Assembly (NCBI RefSeq): GCF_947486615.1
Contig: NZ_CANKUD010000007.1
Location: 51,769 to 115,768 of the forward strand
DNA from: an uncultured Modestobacter sp.
Lineage (GTDB): Bacteria > Actinomycetota > Actinomycetes > Mycobacteriales > Geodermatophilaceae
DNA length: 64,000 nucleotides
Direction: 5' to 3'
Below, piece by piece: positions 54,047 through 63,387 of this stretch. Position 1 is the first letter of the stretch; each line of letters opens with the position of its first letter. Both the position numbers and the translations under genes were made by a program. The notes under the pieces were generated by a model. The model was not told the origin of the DNA and made no database searches. It was given only the letters and a program-made list of their open reading frames with translations.

Positions 54047-54142
54047 GACCCAACGGTAGGCCGCTGCCGGCTGGTGGGCGTGCCGGGCCGGACGCGCGGC
54101 AGCTGGGCCGGGAGCCGCGGATCGCAGGCGTACGGTGCGCCG

Positions 54143-55057
54143 GTGGACGAACGTCGGGTCGGGGTGCTCGCCGGCCTCGGCGCCTACTCCCTGTGGGGCG
54201 TGTTCCCCCTCTACTTCCCGCTGCTCGAGCCGGCCGGCGGGCTGGAGATCGTCGCCCACCGGATCGTCTGGTCGCTGCTGTTCGTCGGCCTGCTGCTGAG
54301 CGTGCGTCGCGGCTGGGGCCAGGTGCGCCGGGTCGTGGGGGACCGGCGTGCGCTGCTCGTGCTCGCCGCCGCCGCCGTCCTCATCGCGGCGAACTGGCTG
54401 GTCTACGTCTACGCGGTGAACTCCGGGCACGTGGTCGAGGCGTCGCTGGGCTACTTCATCAACCCGCTGGTCAGCGTGGTGCTCGGGGTGGTGGTCTTCC
54501 GGGAGCGGCTGCGCCGGCTGCAGTGGGTCGCCGTCGGCACCGCCGTGGTGGCGGTGGTCGTGCTGACCGTCGACCACGGCAGCCCGCCGTGGATCGCCCT
54601 CGCGCTGGCGCTGAGCTTCGGCCTGTACGGGCTGATGAAGAAGCTGGTCCGGGTCGAGGCGGCCCCGGGGCTCTTCGTCGAGACCGCGGTGGTGTTCGTC
54701 CCGGCGCTGGTGGTCATCGGCTTCCTGCAGGCCGACGGGCAGGCCGCCTTCGGGCACGACGGGGCCGGCCACGCCCTGCTCCTGGTGAGCTCGGGGCTGG
54801 CCACCGCGGTGCCGCTGCTGCTCTTCGCCGCGGCCACCCGGCGGGTGCCGCTGTCGACGGTGGGCCTGCTGCAGTACGTGACCCCGCTGATGCAGCTGTC
54901 CATCGGCGTCTTCGTCTACGACGAGCCGATGCCCCCGGCGCGGCTCGCCGGTTTCGCCATCGTCTGGCTGGCCCTGGCGGTCTTCACCGTCGACAGCCTG
55001 CGCCAGGCCCGGACGAACCGCCGGGCCGCGGCCGACCCGCTGCCCGCCGGCATCTGA
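54143..55057 (+). CDS. rarD: EamA/RarD family transporter
   Basis: AYSLWGVFPLYF, HRIVWS, EASLGYFINPL, GLLQYVTP. Confidence 0.9.
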   Translation: MDERRVGVLAGLGAYSLWGVFPLYFPLLEPAGGLEIVAHRIVWSLLFVGLLLSVRRGWGQVRRVVGDRRALLVLAAAAVLIAANWLVYVYAVNSGHVVEASLGYFINPLVSVVLGVVVFRERLRRLQWVAVGTAVVAVVVLTVDHGSPPWIALALALSFGLYGLMKKLVRVEAAPGLFVETAVVFVPALVVIGFLQADGQAAFGHDGAGHALLLVSSGLATAVPLLLFAAATRRVPLSTVGLLQYVTPLMQLSIGVFVYDEPMPPARLAGFAIVWLALAVFTVDSLRQARTNRRAAADPLPAGI

Positions 55058-55195
55058 CCTCTCCCGGACGCCGTCGGCCGCCGGGGCGTCGGGTGCTCCG
55101 CGCACTGCCGGACGCGGCTACCGTCGAGGGGGTCCGGACACCACCGGGCCGCGTCCCGCACGCCGCCCGACGCCCATCGACCGGAGGCCCGTCCC

Positions 55196-55600
55196 GTGAG
55201 CAGCGACCCCGTCCCGACCGCCGGCCCGGAGCCGGACGGCGGGGCGCCCACCCCATCGCCGGCCGGTGCGGGGACGGCGACCGAGGCCGCCCCGGGCGGG
55301 GCTGGTGGGGCGGCTGTGACTGGCGGGGACGACACGGCTGTGAACCTGCCCGCACGTGAGCGGGAGATGCTGGCCTTCGAACGGCAGTGGTGGCGGTTCG
55401 CCGGGGCCAGGGAGGCCGCCATCCGGGAGCGTTTCGGGATGACGCCCACCCGGTATTACCAGGTGCTCAACGCCCTGATCGACCGACCGGAGGCGCTCGC
55501 GGCCGACCCGCTGCTGGTGCGGAGGCTGCGCCGGTTGCGCGGTGCGCGGCAGCGGCAGCGCTCCGGTCGGGTCCTGGGCACGGACCCCGCTCGCGACTAG
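55196..55600 (+). CDS. DUF3263 family protein
   Basis: LAFERQWW, AIRERFGMTPTRYYQVLNALID, DPLLVRRLRR. Confidence 0.9.
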   Translation: MSSDPVPTAGPEPDGGAPTPSPAGAGTATEAAPGGAGGAAVTGGDDTAVNLPAREREMLAFERQWWRFAGAREAAIRERFGMTPTRYYQVLNALIDRPEALAADPLLVRRLRRLRGARQRQRSGRVLGTDPARD

Positions 55601-55611
55601 CCTCTCTCACC

Positions 55612-57162
55612 GTGGGGAGGCATGCGGCACCAGGCAGTGACGGAAGCGCGCCCGAGGTGTCCGCACCGACGGGTCGTCGCCGCGCCGACGCCCGCCCGGA
55701 CGCCGTCCCCGGCCGGCCAGCGGTCGAAGCGCCACTGGAGTCCCGGCCCACCGGCGCCCTGCAGCGGACGGCGGACACCGGGCCGGACAGCGATGCCGCG
55801 ATGACGATGCCGCGGCAGAGCCGGGCCGACCGTCGTCGCGAGGGACTGCTCCCGGCCGGCGAGGACCCCATGGTGCGCCGCCCGCCGGCTCGCCCGGACA
55901 CGCCCGCGCCGGCCGCCGGCCGCCGGCGCTCCGACCTGCCCGCCGCCGCACCCGTCCCCGACCGTCGGGCGACCGGGGAGCGGACGCCCGCCCCACGGAC
56001 GGCACCGCCGGTCTCCGGCCCGATGACCTCGGCCGCACCCCGCCCGGGCACGCCTCGTCCGGCCGCCGCCGCGTCGGCGCCGGCGACGACCGCCAGCCCG
56101 CGTCCCACGCCGCCCGCTCCCTCGGCCCCGCCGCCGGCCGGTTCGGCGATGCCCCCCGTGGCACGGGCCGCCGGAGCGCCGGGCCGGACGGCCGAGCCGG
56201 CCCCCCTGCCCCTGGACGTGACCCAGCGGGTCTCCGGGTCCGCCCCGGCCGAGTCGGCGTGGGGCACGGCCGCCACCACGGCCCCGCCGACGAACGCCGC
56301 ACCCGTGAACGCCGCACCCGTGGACGCCCCGTCCACGGCCACCCCGCCTGCCGCACCCGCCCCGCCGGCCGCCGGGCGCAGCGCTCAGCCCGCCGCCGTG
56401 CCGCCGGTCGCGGGCCGGCGTCCGGCGACGCCGTCCCCCGCCGTGCCGGAGCTGCCGGCCGCCGCTCGCGCCGAGGACGACGGGGGCCCGGCGGCCCCGG
56501 CCCGCCGCGCCGTCGACGTCCCCGTGGGCGGTCGCGCCGCCCTCCGGCTGGAGCGGCAGGCGGCCGAGGCGGCCCGCAAGAAGTCCGGCACCCGGCGCCC
56601 CGCCGCCGAGGCGGCTCCCCGGTCCGACCGGGACGACGCCCCCGCCGAGGACGTGCGTCGCGGCCCCCGCCGCCTGGCGCAGGGGCTGGTCGCCGTCGCG
56701 GTGGTCGCGCTCGCGGTGCTGGGCTGGTGGTCCTTCGCCTCGCCGAGCACCACCGAGACCTCGGCGCAGACCCCGGTACCGAGCATCGCCCCCTCGCCCT
56801 CGGTGTCCCCGGTCCAGGAGAGCGTCGCGCCGGCACCGGAGATCACCCCGGCTCCGGTCGGCCCGGTCTTCGCGCCGATCACCGTGCTGAACAGCACCAC
56901 GATCAACGGCCTGGCCGCCGACGTCGGTGACCAGTTCGCCGCCGGCGGCTGGGAGGTGCTCGACACCGCGGCCTCGCCGGTCGACGACGTCGCCACCACC
57001 ACCGTGTACTTCAGCGAGGGCAACACGGTGCAGCAGCAGGCGGCCACCCAGCTGGTCGAGCAGTTCCCCGACGTCTCCGGCCCGGTCGCCCGCTACTTCG
57101 AGGTGCCCGGCGTCGCCGACCCCGGCCTGGTCGTCGTGGCCACCGGGAACTGGCAGCCCTGA
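55612..57162 (+). CDS. LytR_C-domain membrane protein with long Pro/Ala/Arg-rich N-terminus; start provisional
   Basis: TM helix ~56690-56740, ITVLNSTTINGLAA, TTVYF, LVVVATG; paired with DUF3263; TAGCCT 8 nt before GTG. Confidence 0.75.
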   Translation: MGRHAAPGSDGSAPEVSAPTGRRRADARPDAVPGRPAVEAPLESRPTGALQRTADTGPDSDAAMTMPRQSRADRRREGLLPAGEDPMVRRPPARPDTPAPAAGRRRSDLPAAAPVPDRRATGERTPAPRTAPPVSGPMTSAAPRPGTPRPAAAASAPATTASPRPTPPAPSAPPPAGSAMPPVARAAGAPGRTAEPAPLPLDVTQRVSGSAPAESAWGTAATTAPPTNAAPVNAAPVDAPSTATPPAAPAPPAAGRSAQPAAVPPVAGRRPATPSPAVPELPAAARAEDDGGPAAPARRAVDVPVGGRAALRLERQAAEAARKKSGTRRPAAEAAPRSDRDDAPAEDVRRGPRRLAQGLVAVAVVALAVLGWWSFASPSTTETSAQTPVPSIAPSPSVSPVQESVAPAPEITPAPVGPVFAPITVLNSTTINGLAADVGDQFAAGGWEVLDTAASPVDDVATTTVYFSEGNTVQQQAATQLVEQFPDVSGPVARYFEVPGVADPGLVVVATGNWQP

Positions 57163-57215
57163 CCCGGACCGCCCGGGAGCGGAACCACTCCGCCGCGCCG
57201 TCCGTTGCCGCCTCC

Positions 57216-60092
57216 GTGCGCACCGCCTCCGGGCCGGCGCGGAACGGCTCGCGCTCCGGCGCCCGGCTGCTCCCCGCCGCCCTGCTCGCCCTTCTGCTGA
57301 CCCTCCCGCTCCTGGTGGGCACCGCCCTGCCCGCTCGGGCGGCCGAGGAGGTCACCACCACGGAGGCGACCGTCCCCTCCGGCGCGGGCGCGGACGCGGT
57401 CGAACTGGACACCACGCTGTACCTGCCCGCCTCGGCGACGGCCGACGAGCCGGCGCCCGCGGTGCTCCTCGCGCACGGGTTCGGCGGGAGCAAGGAGTCG
57501 GTCGCCACCGACGCGCGGGACCTGGCCGACCGCGGCTACGTGGTGCTCGCCTGGTCGGCCCGCGGGTTCGGGGCGAGCACCGGCCAGATCGGGCTGGACG
57601 ACCCGCGGTACGAGGTCGCCGACGTCAGCACGCTGCTCGACGTCCTGGCCGAGCGGGACGACGTGCTGCTCGACGGCCCCGGTGACCCACGGGCCGGAAT
57701 CGCCGGCGCCTCCTACGGCGGTGCACTGTCGCTGCTGGCCGCCGCCTACGACCAGCGGGTGGACGCGATCGCCCCGCAGATCACCTGGAACTCCCTCACC
57801 ACCGCCTTCTTCCCCGACCAGACCGGCGTCGTCGCCGACGCCGGCACCCCGGCCGCCGTCCCGCGTACCGAGGACGCCGGGGTGTTCAAGCGCACCTGGG
57901 CGGGCCTGTTCTTCGGCACCGGCTCGGTGCCCGGCGACGGCGGGCTGCTCGGTGGCCGGACCGGCAACGGCACCGCGGGCAGCACGGCCCCGGCGGACGG
58001 TGCGGCGCCGGCGGACGGTGCGGCCCCGGCGGACGGCGTCGACCCGGCCGCGGTGCAGGCGCTCACCTGCGGCCGGTTCCGGGCCGACATCTGCGCGGCC
58101 TACGAGTCGGCCGCCTCGACCGGCACGCTCACCCCGGAGGTCGCCGCCGTCCTGGACCGGAGCAGCCCGGCCGGCGTGCTGGACCGGATCACCGCGCCGA
58201 CCCTGCTGGTGCAGGGCACCCAGGACTCGCTGTTCGGGCTGGGCGAGGCCGACGCCAACGCGCGGGGGATCGCCGCCAACGGCACGGACGTCCGCGTGGT
58301 CTGGTACTCCGGCGGTCACGACAGCTCCGCCTCCGACCGGGTCACCACCGAGCTGCGCGACGAGGTCGCCGACTGGTTCGACCGGCACCTGCGCGACGGG
58401 TCCGGTGCCGACGGGGGCTTCCGGTACCCGGCGCCCACCGGGCTGGCCGGGGGGCTGAGCGCGCAGGGCGGCTCGCAGACCGTCTCCGCGGCCGAGTACC
58501 CGGGGCTGGACGGCGCGGCCCCGGTCGAGCGGCGCGAGGTCGAGCTCGGCGGCGACACCCAGCCGGTGGTGACCCCGGCCGGCGGCAGCCCCGCCGCGCT
58601 GTCGACCGTGCCCGGCCTGGGCGCGGTGTCGGCGGCGCTGGGCGGCAGCACGCTGGAGATCCCCGGCCAGTTCGCCGCCTTCGACAGCCCCGAGCTGACC
58701 GAGGCCGTCGACGTGGTCGGCGCGTCCACCGTCACGCTCACCGTCGCCGTCCCGGCCGGGACGGCGACGATGTTCGCCAAGCTCTACGACGTCGCCCCCG
58801 ACGGCACGATGACGCTGCCCAGCGGCCTCGTCGCCCCGCTCGCGCTCACCGGGCTGTCCGCCGAGCCGACCGAGGTGCCGGTGACGCTGCCGGCGATCGT
58901 GCACCGCTTCGAGGTCGGCCACACCATGCGCGTGCTGGTCTCCTCCACCGACCAGGCCTACGCCCTGCCGGCGGACTCCGCGGTGTCGACCGTGGGGCTC
59001 GCGGAGGGGGCCACCCTCGCCGTCCCGCAGGTCGCCGGTGAGGTGCAGGCGACCGCCGGGTCGGGCCGGTGGTGGGTGCTGCTCGGCGTGCTGGCCGGCC
59101 TGGCCCTGCTGGGCTGGCTGGCCACGGTGCTCCTCGGCCGGCGCCGCCGCAGGCGGGTGTCGGAGTCCGCGCCCGACGGCGAGGACGTGCCGCTGCGGTT
59201 CGAGGGCGTCACCAAGGCCTACTCCGACGGCTTCGTCGCCGTCCGGGACCTCTCCTTCGAGGTGCGCCGCGGCCAGGTGCTCGGCCTGCTGGGGCCCAAC
59301 GGCGCGGGCAAGACGACGTCCCTGCGGATGCTGATGGGCCTGATCCGGCCGACCGAGGGGCGGATCGAGGTGTTCGGTCACGCCGCGGGCCCCGGTGCCC
59401 CGGTGCTGTCCCGGCTGGGCTCGTTCGTGGAGGGCACCGGGCTGCAGCCGCACCTGTCCGGCCGGGACAACCTGACCCTCTACTGGGCCGCCACCGGCCG
59501 GCCGCTGGCCGACGCGCACATGGACGAGGCGATCGAGGTCGCCGGCCTGGGTGCGGCGCTGGACAAGCCGGTGCGCAGCTACAGCCAGGGCATGCGGCAG
59601 CGGGTGGCGATCGCCCAGGCGATGCTCGGCCTGCCCGACCTGCTGGTGCTCGACGAACCCACCAACGGGCTGGACCCGCCGCAGATCCACGCCATGCGCG
59701 ACGTGCTGCGCTCCTACGCCGCCACCGGCCGCACGGTGATCGTCTCCAGCCACCTGCTCAGCGAGATCGAGCAGACCTGCAGCCACGTGGTCGTCATGGC
59801 CAAGGGGCAGAAGATCGTGCAGGGCACGGTGGAGGAGATCGTCGGGACCGGGGGAGCGGTGCTCATCGGGCTGGCCGACCCGGCCGACACCGACCGGGCG
59901 GTCGCCGTGCTCGCCGGCCTGCCCGGCGTCGGCGAGGTCGAGCGGACGGCGGAGGGCCTGGTCGTCGACCTCGGTCAGACCGGCCGGGCGGCTGCGCTGG
60001 CCGCCCTGGTCGAGGCCGAGATCGGCGTCGACCAGCTCACCCCGCGCCGCCGGCTGGAGGATGCGTTCCTGTCACTGGTGGGGGAGTCATGA
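57216..60092 (+). CDS. CocE/NonD (peptidase S15-like) alpha/beta hydrolase fused to ABC ATP-binding domain
   Basis: Signal peptide, HGFGG, GASYGG nucleophile elbow, QGTQDSLF, GGHD, TM then RRRRRR, GPNGAGKT, YSQGMRQR, LVLDEPTNGLD. Confidence 0.88.
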   Translation: MRTASGPARNGSRSGARLLPAALLALLLTLPLLVGTALPARAAEEVTTTEATVPSGAGADAVELDTTLYLPASATADEPAPAVLLAHGFGGSKESVATDARDLADRGYVVLAWSARGFGASTGQIGLDDPRYEVADVSTLLDVLAERDDVLLDGPGDPRAGIAGASYGGALSLLAAAYDQRVDAIAPQITWNSLTTAFFPDQTGVVADAGTPAAVPRTEDAGVFKRTWAGLFFGTGSVPGDGGLLGGRTGNGTAGSTAPADGAAPADGAAPADGVDPAAVQALTCGRFRADICAAYESAASTGTLTPEVAAVLDRSSPAGVLDRITAPTLLVQGTQDSLFGLGEADANARGIAANGTDVRVVWYSGGHDSSASDRVTTELRDEVADWFDRHLRDGSGADGGFRYPAPTGLAGGLSAQGGSQTVSAAEYPGLDGAAPVERREVELGGDTQPVVTPAGGSPAALSTVPGLGAVSAALGGSTLEIPGQFAAFDSPELTEAVDVVGASTVTLTVAVPAGTATMFAKLYDVAPDGTMTLPSGLVAPLALTGLSAEPTEVPVTLPAIVHRFEVGHTMRVLVSSTDQAYALPADSAVSTVGLAEGATLAVPQVAGEVQATAGSGRWWVLLGVLAGLALLGWLATVLLGRRRRRRVSESAPDGEDVPLRFEGVTKAYSDGFVAVRDLSFEVRRGQVLGLLGPNGAGKTTSLRMLMGLIRPTEGRIEVFGHAAGPGAPVLSRLGSFVEGTGLQPHLSGRDNLTLYWAATGRPLADAHMDEAIEVAGLGAALDKPVRSYSQGMRQRVAIAQAMLGLPDLLVLDEPTNGLDPPQIHAMRDVLRSYAATGRTVIVSSHLLSEIEQTCSHVVVMAKGQKIVQGTVEEIVGTGGAVLIGLADPADTDRAVAVLAGLPGVGEVERTAEGLVVDLGQTGRAAALAALVEAEIGVDQLTPRRRLEDAFLSLVGES

Positions 60093-60994
60093 GCCACGCG
60101 ACCGACGATCCGGCCATGGTGGCCAACAAGGCCGGAGCCGGAGCCGGGACGGGGGCGGCGGCAGGGTACCGGCCGGAGCGGACGCTGCGGCTGGGGGTCG
60201 AGCTGCGCCGGCAGTTCAAGCGCCGCCGGACCATCGGCGTGCTGGTGCTGATGGCGGCGCTGCCGCTGCTGCTGATCGGCGCGCTGCAGCTGGGCGGCAC
60301 CGAGGAGGCGTCGGAGAACACCCGGGTCAACCTGGTCGACGTCGCCTCGTCGAGCGGGCTGAACCTCACCCTGTTCACCCTGTTCGCCACCACCGGCTTC
60401 TTCCTCGTGGTCGTCTTCGCGCTGTTCTTCGGCGACACCGTGGCCAGCGAGGCGTCCTGGGGGTCGCTGCGCTACGCGCTGGCCACCCCGGTGCCACGCG
60501 CCCGGCTGCTCAGGCAGAAGTGGCTGGCCGCGCTGATCCTGTCGGTCGGGTCGATGGTGCTGCTGGTCGTCGTCTCGGTGGTCGCCGGTGGGATCGCCTT
60601 CGGCTTCGGGGACGTGCAGACCCCGGTCGGCCTGGCGCTGGACCAGGGGACGGCGCTGGTGCGGCTGGCCGGGATGGTCGGCTACCTCGCCGTCCACCTG
60701 CTGGTGGTGGGCACGCTGGCGTTCTGGCTGTCCACCGTCACCGACGCGCCGCTGGCCGCGGTCGGCGGCGCGGTGTTCACCACCGTGGTGTTCGCGGTGC
60801 TGGAGCAGGTCGAGCAGCTGGACGGCATCCGCGACTGGTTCCCCACGGCGTTCAACTACGCCTGGACCGACCTGCTGCAGACCCCGGTCGACTCCGGTGA
60901 CCTGTTCCGCGGCGTCGTCCAGGGGCTGGTCTACTCCGCCGTCTTCACCGCCCTCGCCGTCCGGCACTTCGCCCGCAAGGACGTCACGAGCTAG
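60089..60994 (+). CDS. ABC-2 type permease
   Basis: Six hydrophobic segments, GDTVASEASWGSLRY, coupled to the preceding gene. Confidence 0.88.
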   Translation: MSHATDDPAMVANKAGAGAGTGAAAGYRPERTLRLGVELRRQFKRRRTIGVLVLMAALPLLLIGALQLGGTEEASENTRVNLVDVASSSGLNLTLFTLFATTGFFLVVVFALFFGDTVASEASWGSLRYALATPVPRARLLRQKWLAALILSVGSMVLLVVVSVVAGGIAFGFGDVQTPVGLALDQGTALVRLAGMVGYLAVHLLVVGTLAFWLSTVTDAPLAAVGGAVFTTVVFAVLEQVEQLDGIRDWFPTAFNYAWTDLLQTPVDSGDLFRGVVQGLVYSAVFTALAVRHFARKDVTS

Positions 60995-61007
60995 CGGTCG
61001 GAGCGGA

Positions 61008-61832
61008 TCAGCCGAGGCTGGTCAGCACCGCCTGGGCCCAGCCCTCGCCCATCGGCGCGTCGGTGACGGTGGCGTTCGGGACGGCGGCGATCCGGTCGGC
61101 CATCCCGGTCACCGCCGCGCCGTTGGCGGTGACCCACAGCCGGCCGACCGCCGGTGCCATCTCCAGGTCGCTGACGCTGTCGCCGACCGCCACCGCGTCC
61201 GCAGCGTCCAGCCCTCGGCGGGCGAGGTCCCAGCGGATCGCCTCGCCCTTGGAGATCCCGCGCGGCATCAGGTGGTAGACGTGCGGCGGCAGCGCGTCGG
61301 CGTCCAGCGTCATCCGCGGGGTGGCCGGCACCGCGCCGTTGTCGTTCATCGTCAGCCAGCCCCAGCCGCGCTCGGCCAGCCAGTCGTCGACCGCGGCGGC
61401 ATCGACCCGGCCGCGCAGCAGCGCGTCGGCGGAGTGGGTGGCGTGCCAGGGCTCGTGCCACTCGATCCGCCCCGGGTGCGCGGCGATCAGCTGCTCCACC
61501 ACGCCGAGCTCGGCCAGCACGTCCATCGGCGTCCGGCCGGCGTACTGCTCGGGCAGGTCGCCGGTGAGCAGATGGGTCTCCCGGCCGCCGGCCCAGCTGA
61601 CCAGCGAGCCGAGCTCGGCGATCGCGCCGTCGGCGGCGAAGATGCGGCCGGCCTCCAGCAGCTGGGCGTGGGTGCGGCCGCTGACCAGCACCAACGGGAC
61701 GCCGGCCCGGTGCAGCTCCAGGAGCGCGGCGGCGGGAGAGGCGGTCGGCACGCGGTCGGCGGTGTGCCAGAACGAGCCCCGCGGGCCCACCATCGTGCCG
61801 TCGAGGTCGGTGTAGACGATGCGGGTGGCCAC
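61008..61832 (-). CDS. HAD superfamily (Cof/MPGP-like, IIB) phosphatase
   Basis: YTDLDGT, VSGR, SKGEA, AVGDSVSDLEM; start refined to GTG 61832. Confidence 0.85.
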   Translation of the reverse strand: MATRIVYTDLDGTMVGPRGSFWHTADRVPTASPAAALLELHRAGVPLVLVSGRTHAQLLEAGRIFAADGAIAELGSLVSWAGGRETHLLTGDLPEQYAGRTPMDVLAELGVVEQLIAAHPGRIEWHEPWHATHSADALLRGRVDAAAVDDWLAERGWGWLTMNDNGAVPATPRMTLDADALPPHVYHLMPRGISKGEAIRWDLARRGLDAADAVAVGDSVSDLEMAPAVGRLWVTANGAAVTGMADRIAAVPNATVTDAPMGEGWAQAVLTSLG

Positions 61833-61893
61833 GGGCCCATCCTGTCGGTGCCGGGCGGGCAGGGCGGCTCCGGGTAGAGTCGGTGACGTTCCA

Positions 61894-62015
61894 CTCATCC
61901 AGAGGGGCAGAGGGACACGGCCCGATGAAGCCCCGGCAACCGCCGTCGCACTCCCGCGACGGAAGGTGCCAATTCCGTCTCGCGCGGCTCGACGGCCCGG
62001 CGCGGGGAAGATGAG
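61894..62015 (+). ncRNA. SAM-I (S-box) riboswitch
   Basis: CTCATCCAGAG..GAGGGA..GGCCCGATGAAGCCCCGGCAACC..GGTGCCAATTCC..GAAGATGAG; P1 3' strand overlaps the GAGGAGG RBS. Confidence 0.92.
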
Positions 62016-62029
62016 GAGGTAGTCGTCGC

Positions 62030-63331
62030 ATGACCATGACCGCTCCCGGCTCCGCCCAGGCAGACGTCACCGAGGGTGGGCCGGTCCCGCCGAACCCCGC
62101 CCGCGGGCTGGTCTGTCGCAACTGCGGCGCCACCTTCGCACTGATCGCCGAGCACGCCTGCGCCGAGTGCTTCGGCCCGCTGGAGGTCGACTACGACCCC
62201 GAGCTGATGCGCGCGGTGACCCGCCAGCAGATCGAGGCCGGCCCGCAGAACATCTGGCGCTACGCCGCCCTCCTGCCGGTCGGGCAGGACCCGGCCGACC
62301 GGGTCACCCTCGACCCGGGCATGACCCCGCTGGTCCGCGCCGACCGGCTGGCCGCCGAGCTCGGCCTCACCGGTGGGCTGTGGGTCAAGGACGACTCGGC
62401 CAACCCCACGCACTCCTTCAAGGACCGGGTGGTGAGCCTGGCCGCGACCGCGGCGAAGAGCTTCGGCTACGCCAAGATCGCCTGCGCCTCCACCGGCAAC
62501 CTGGCCAACTCCGTCGCCGCGCACGCCGCGCGGATGGGGCTGCCCTCCTTCGTGTTCGTGCCCAGCGACCTGGAGCCGGGCAAGATCACCCAGTCCGCGG
62601 TCTACGGGCAGGCGCTGGTCGCCGTCGACGGCAACTACGACGACGTCAACCGGCTGACCAGCGAGCTCGCCGAGACCGACGAGTTCGAGGACACCGCCTT
62701 CGTCAACCAGAACGTCCGGCCGTACTACGCCGAGGGCTCCAAGACGATGGGCTACGAGATCGCCGAGCAGCTGGGCTGGCGGATCCCGGCCCAGGTGGTC
62801 ATCCCGATGGCGTCCGGCTCGCTGCTCACCAAGGTGGACAAGGCCTGGCGCGAGCTGGTCGCCGCCGGCATCGTCGAGGACACCGGCTGGAAGGTCTTCG
62901 GCGCCCAGTCCGCCGGCTGCGACCCGATCGCGACCGCCTTCGACAACGGCTGGGACGTCGTCAAGCCGGTCAAGCCCACCGGGATCGCGAAGTCGCTGAA
63001 CATCGGCAACCCCGCCGACGGGCCCTACGCCCTGGACGCCATCCGGCGCACCGGCGGCTCGGTCGGCCGGGTCGGGGACGACGAGATCGTCGCCGGCATC
63101 CGCGACCTGGCCCGCACCACCGGCGTCTTCGCCGAGACGGCCGGTGGCGTGACCACCGCGGTGCTGCGGCAGCTGGTGGAGAAGGGGCTGATCGACCCCA
63201 CGCAGGAGGTCGTCGTGCTGAACACCGGCGAGGGTCTGAAGACCCTGGACCCGCTGCTGCCGGTGGTCGGGCCCTCGCACCACGTGCAGCCGTCGCTGAG
63301 GTCGCTCCGCGAGGCCGGCCTCATCGCTTAG
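62030..63331 (+). CDS. thrC: PLP-dependent threonine synthase-like enzyme (fold type II)
   Basis: N-terminal CxxC..CxxC, NPTHSFKDR PLP lysine, ASTGN, EGSKTM, PMASGSL, NTGEGLK. Confidence 0.88.
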   Translation: MTMTAPGSAQADVTEGGPVPPNPARGLVCRNCGATFALIAEHACAECFGPLEVDYDPELMRAVTRQQIEAGPQNIWRYAALLPVGQDPADRVTLDPGMTPLVRADRLAAELGLTGGLWVKDDSANPTHSFKDRVVSLAATAAKSFGYAKIACASTGNLANSVAAHAARMGLPSFVFVPSDLEPGKITQSAVYGQALVAVDGNYDDVNRLTSELAETDEFEDTAFVNQNVRPYYAEGSKTMGYEIAEQLGWRIPAQVVIPMASGSLLTKVDKAWRELVAAGIVEDTGWKVFGAQSAGCDPIATAFDNGWDVVKPVKPTGIAKSLNIGNPADGPYALDAIRRTGGSVGRVGDDEIVAGIRDLARTTGVFAETAGGVTTAVLRQLVEKGLIDPTQEVVVLNTGEGLKTLDPLLPVVGPSHHVQPSLRSLREAGLIA

Positions 63332-63387
63332 GCCCCGTCCGGAGGCTCGCCCCGAGCTTGCGAGGGGTGAGGGGGACGGGGTCCTTT
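63331..63387 (-). repeat. Dispersed palindromic element, copy D
   Basis: ggccccgtcc/ggacggggtcc stem, inner cgagcttgcg, gtcctt end; starts at the thrC stop. Confidence 0.8.
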
